From positions 1 through 5,990 of the IMG/VR virus record IMGVR_UViG_2529292747_000021: DNA of 5,990 nt; one strand, given 5' to 3'. Under the pieces are notes generated by a model, which saw nothing but the letters and a program-made list of their open reading frames with translations, was not told the origin of the DNA and did not search any database. This DNA is from a virus. Taxonomy: Duplodnaviria; Heunggongvirae; Uroviricota; Caudoviricetes. The position numbers were made by a program, and so were the translations under genes. This document shows positions 5,418-5,990 of the stretch, piece by piece. How positions within the stretch are numbered: the first letter of the stretch is position 1; every line of letters starts with the position of its first letter.

Positions 5418-5752
5418 TTTATCCTCCATTAAGGGCTGAATTAAAAATGGAGACCAACACGCTGCTACGTGTGGTCGTGCGCCGGACACAGATAAGAATC
5501 CGGCACTGACAGTTTACTGAAAGGATATATCCCTGAAAAGTCAGGGCATAACACGAAAGTGCACGGCGAAGTCCTTCTCCCTTAGAGCCGTCGTTAAATT
5601 TAATTCGACCGTGCGCTTCCGGTTGTGGCAATCCGCGAAATGGCGCGGCGGTAAGTATGGCGGGGTTATTCTTTCCCCGTTGAGGACACCGGGTTGTCAG
5701 GTTGACCATACGCTTAAGTGACAACCCCGCTGCAACGCCCTCTGTTATCAAT

Positions 5753-5805
5753 ATTCTGGTGACATTTGGCGGTATCAGTTTTACTCCGTAACTGCTCTGC
5801 CGCCC
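5753..5805 (+). ncRNA. dicF: DicF small RNA (cell-division-inhibiting sRNA of the dicB operon), prophage copy
   Basis: ATTCTGGTGACATTTGGCGGTATCAGTTTTACTCCGTAACTGCTCTGCCGCCC is near-identical to the 53-nt DicF sequence of E. coli K-12 as I recall it (TTTCTGGTGACGTTTGGCGGTATCAGTTTTACTCCGTGACTGCTCTGCCGCCC). It is followed by a T6 run. It sits downstream of ydfA/ydfB-like genes, as in the Qin dicB operon. Confidence 0.8.
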
Positions 5806-5811
5806 TTTTTT
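5767..5811 (+). terminator. Rho-independent terminator forming the DicF 3' end
   Basis: GGCGG (5767-5771) pairs with CCGCC (5800-5804) around an internal CAGTT/AACTG stem, followed by TTTTTT at 5806-5811. Confidence 0.7.
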
Positions 5812-5816
5812 AAAAG

Positions 5817-5973
5817 TGAATTTTGTGATGCGGTGAATGCGGCTCAGCGCACGCGGAACAGTTAAATCGGTAAAGCGGTCATTTGCTGAGTAACGAGAAT
5901 GCTCTGTATCCGGCGTTAATTGTTAACTGGTTAACGTCACCTGGAGGCACCAGGCACCGCATCACAAAATTCA
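5817..5973. repeat. 19-bp perfect inverted repeat flanking a 119-bp spacer, immediately downstream of DicF
   Basis: TGAATTTTGTGATGCGGTG at 5817-5835 is the exact reverse complement of CACCGCATCACAAAATTCA at 5955-5973. The spacer contains GTTAAT/GTTAAC/GTTAAC hexamers (5915-5935) and a CCTGG...CCAGG hairpin (5941-5954). Confidence 0.7.
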
Positions 5974-5990
5974 TTGTTGAGGACGCGATA

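Noticed and set aside
5419-5751. Minus-strand ORF 5419-5751 (110 aa)
   Set aside because: Begins at a TTG with no SD, has an R/C-rich improbable composition, and lies antisense to the structured DicF precursor region.
5817-5973. Inverted repeat as a CRISPR or mobile-element signature
   Set aside because: Only one repeat pair, so not a CRISPR array; no transposase and no evident target-site duplication, so a MITE/IS interpretation is unsupported. Kept as a structural element instead.
1-5990. tRNA, rRNA, integrase or att site
   Set aside because: No cloverleaf-like tRNA candidates, no rRNA-like sequence, and no integrase or excisionase ORF found; the window appears to lie entirely inside the prophage.

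Overview
This 5,990-bp window reads as the immunity and early-gene region of a lambdoid cryptic prophage of Escherichia coli or a close relative, resembling the Rac / CP-933P type. No database search was possible; all calls rest on reading the sequence and on recalled protein and RNA families. Minus strand (rightward operon): cro-like ydaS, cII-like ydaT (ATGA-coupled), an O-like replication initiator with an iteron-type origin embedded in its linker, a DnaC-like helicase loader, and a YdaW-like double winged-helix gene whose frame breaks at an A7 run and which runs off the window. Plus strand (leftward operon), divergent from ydaS across a 97-bp operator/promoter region: the paaR2-paaA2-parE2 three-component toxin-antitoxin module, a second promoter carrying the same operator motif, ydfA-like and ydfB-like small genes, an uncharacterised gene with two in-frame A_AAA_AAA heptamers and an open -1 frame, a convergent small zinc-ribbon ORF, about 330 bp of structured non-coding sequence, the DicF sRNA with its intrinsic terminator, and a 19-bp perfect inverted repeat that probably precedes a dicB-like gene just past the window. 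The best candidates for something undescribed are the uncharacterised gene at 4656-5194 and the antisense zinc-ribbon ORF at 5232-5417; the rest is a recognisable, largely described prophage switch.
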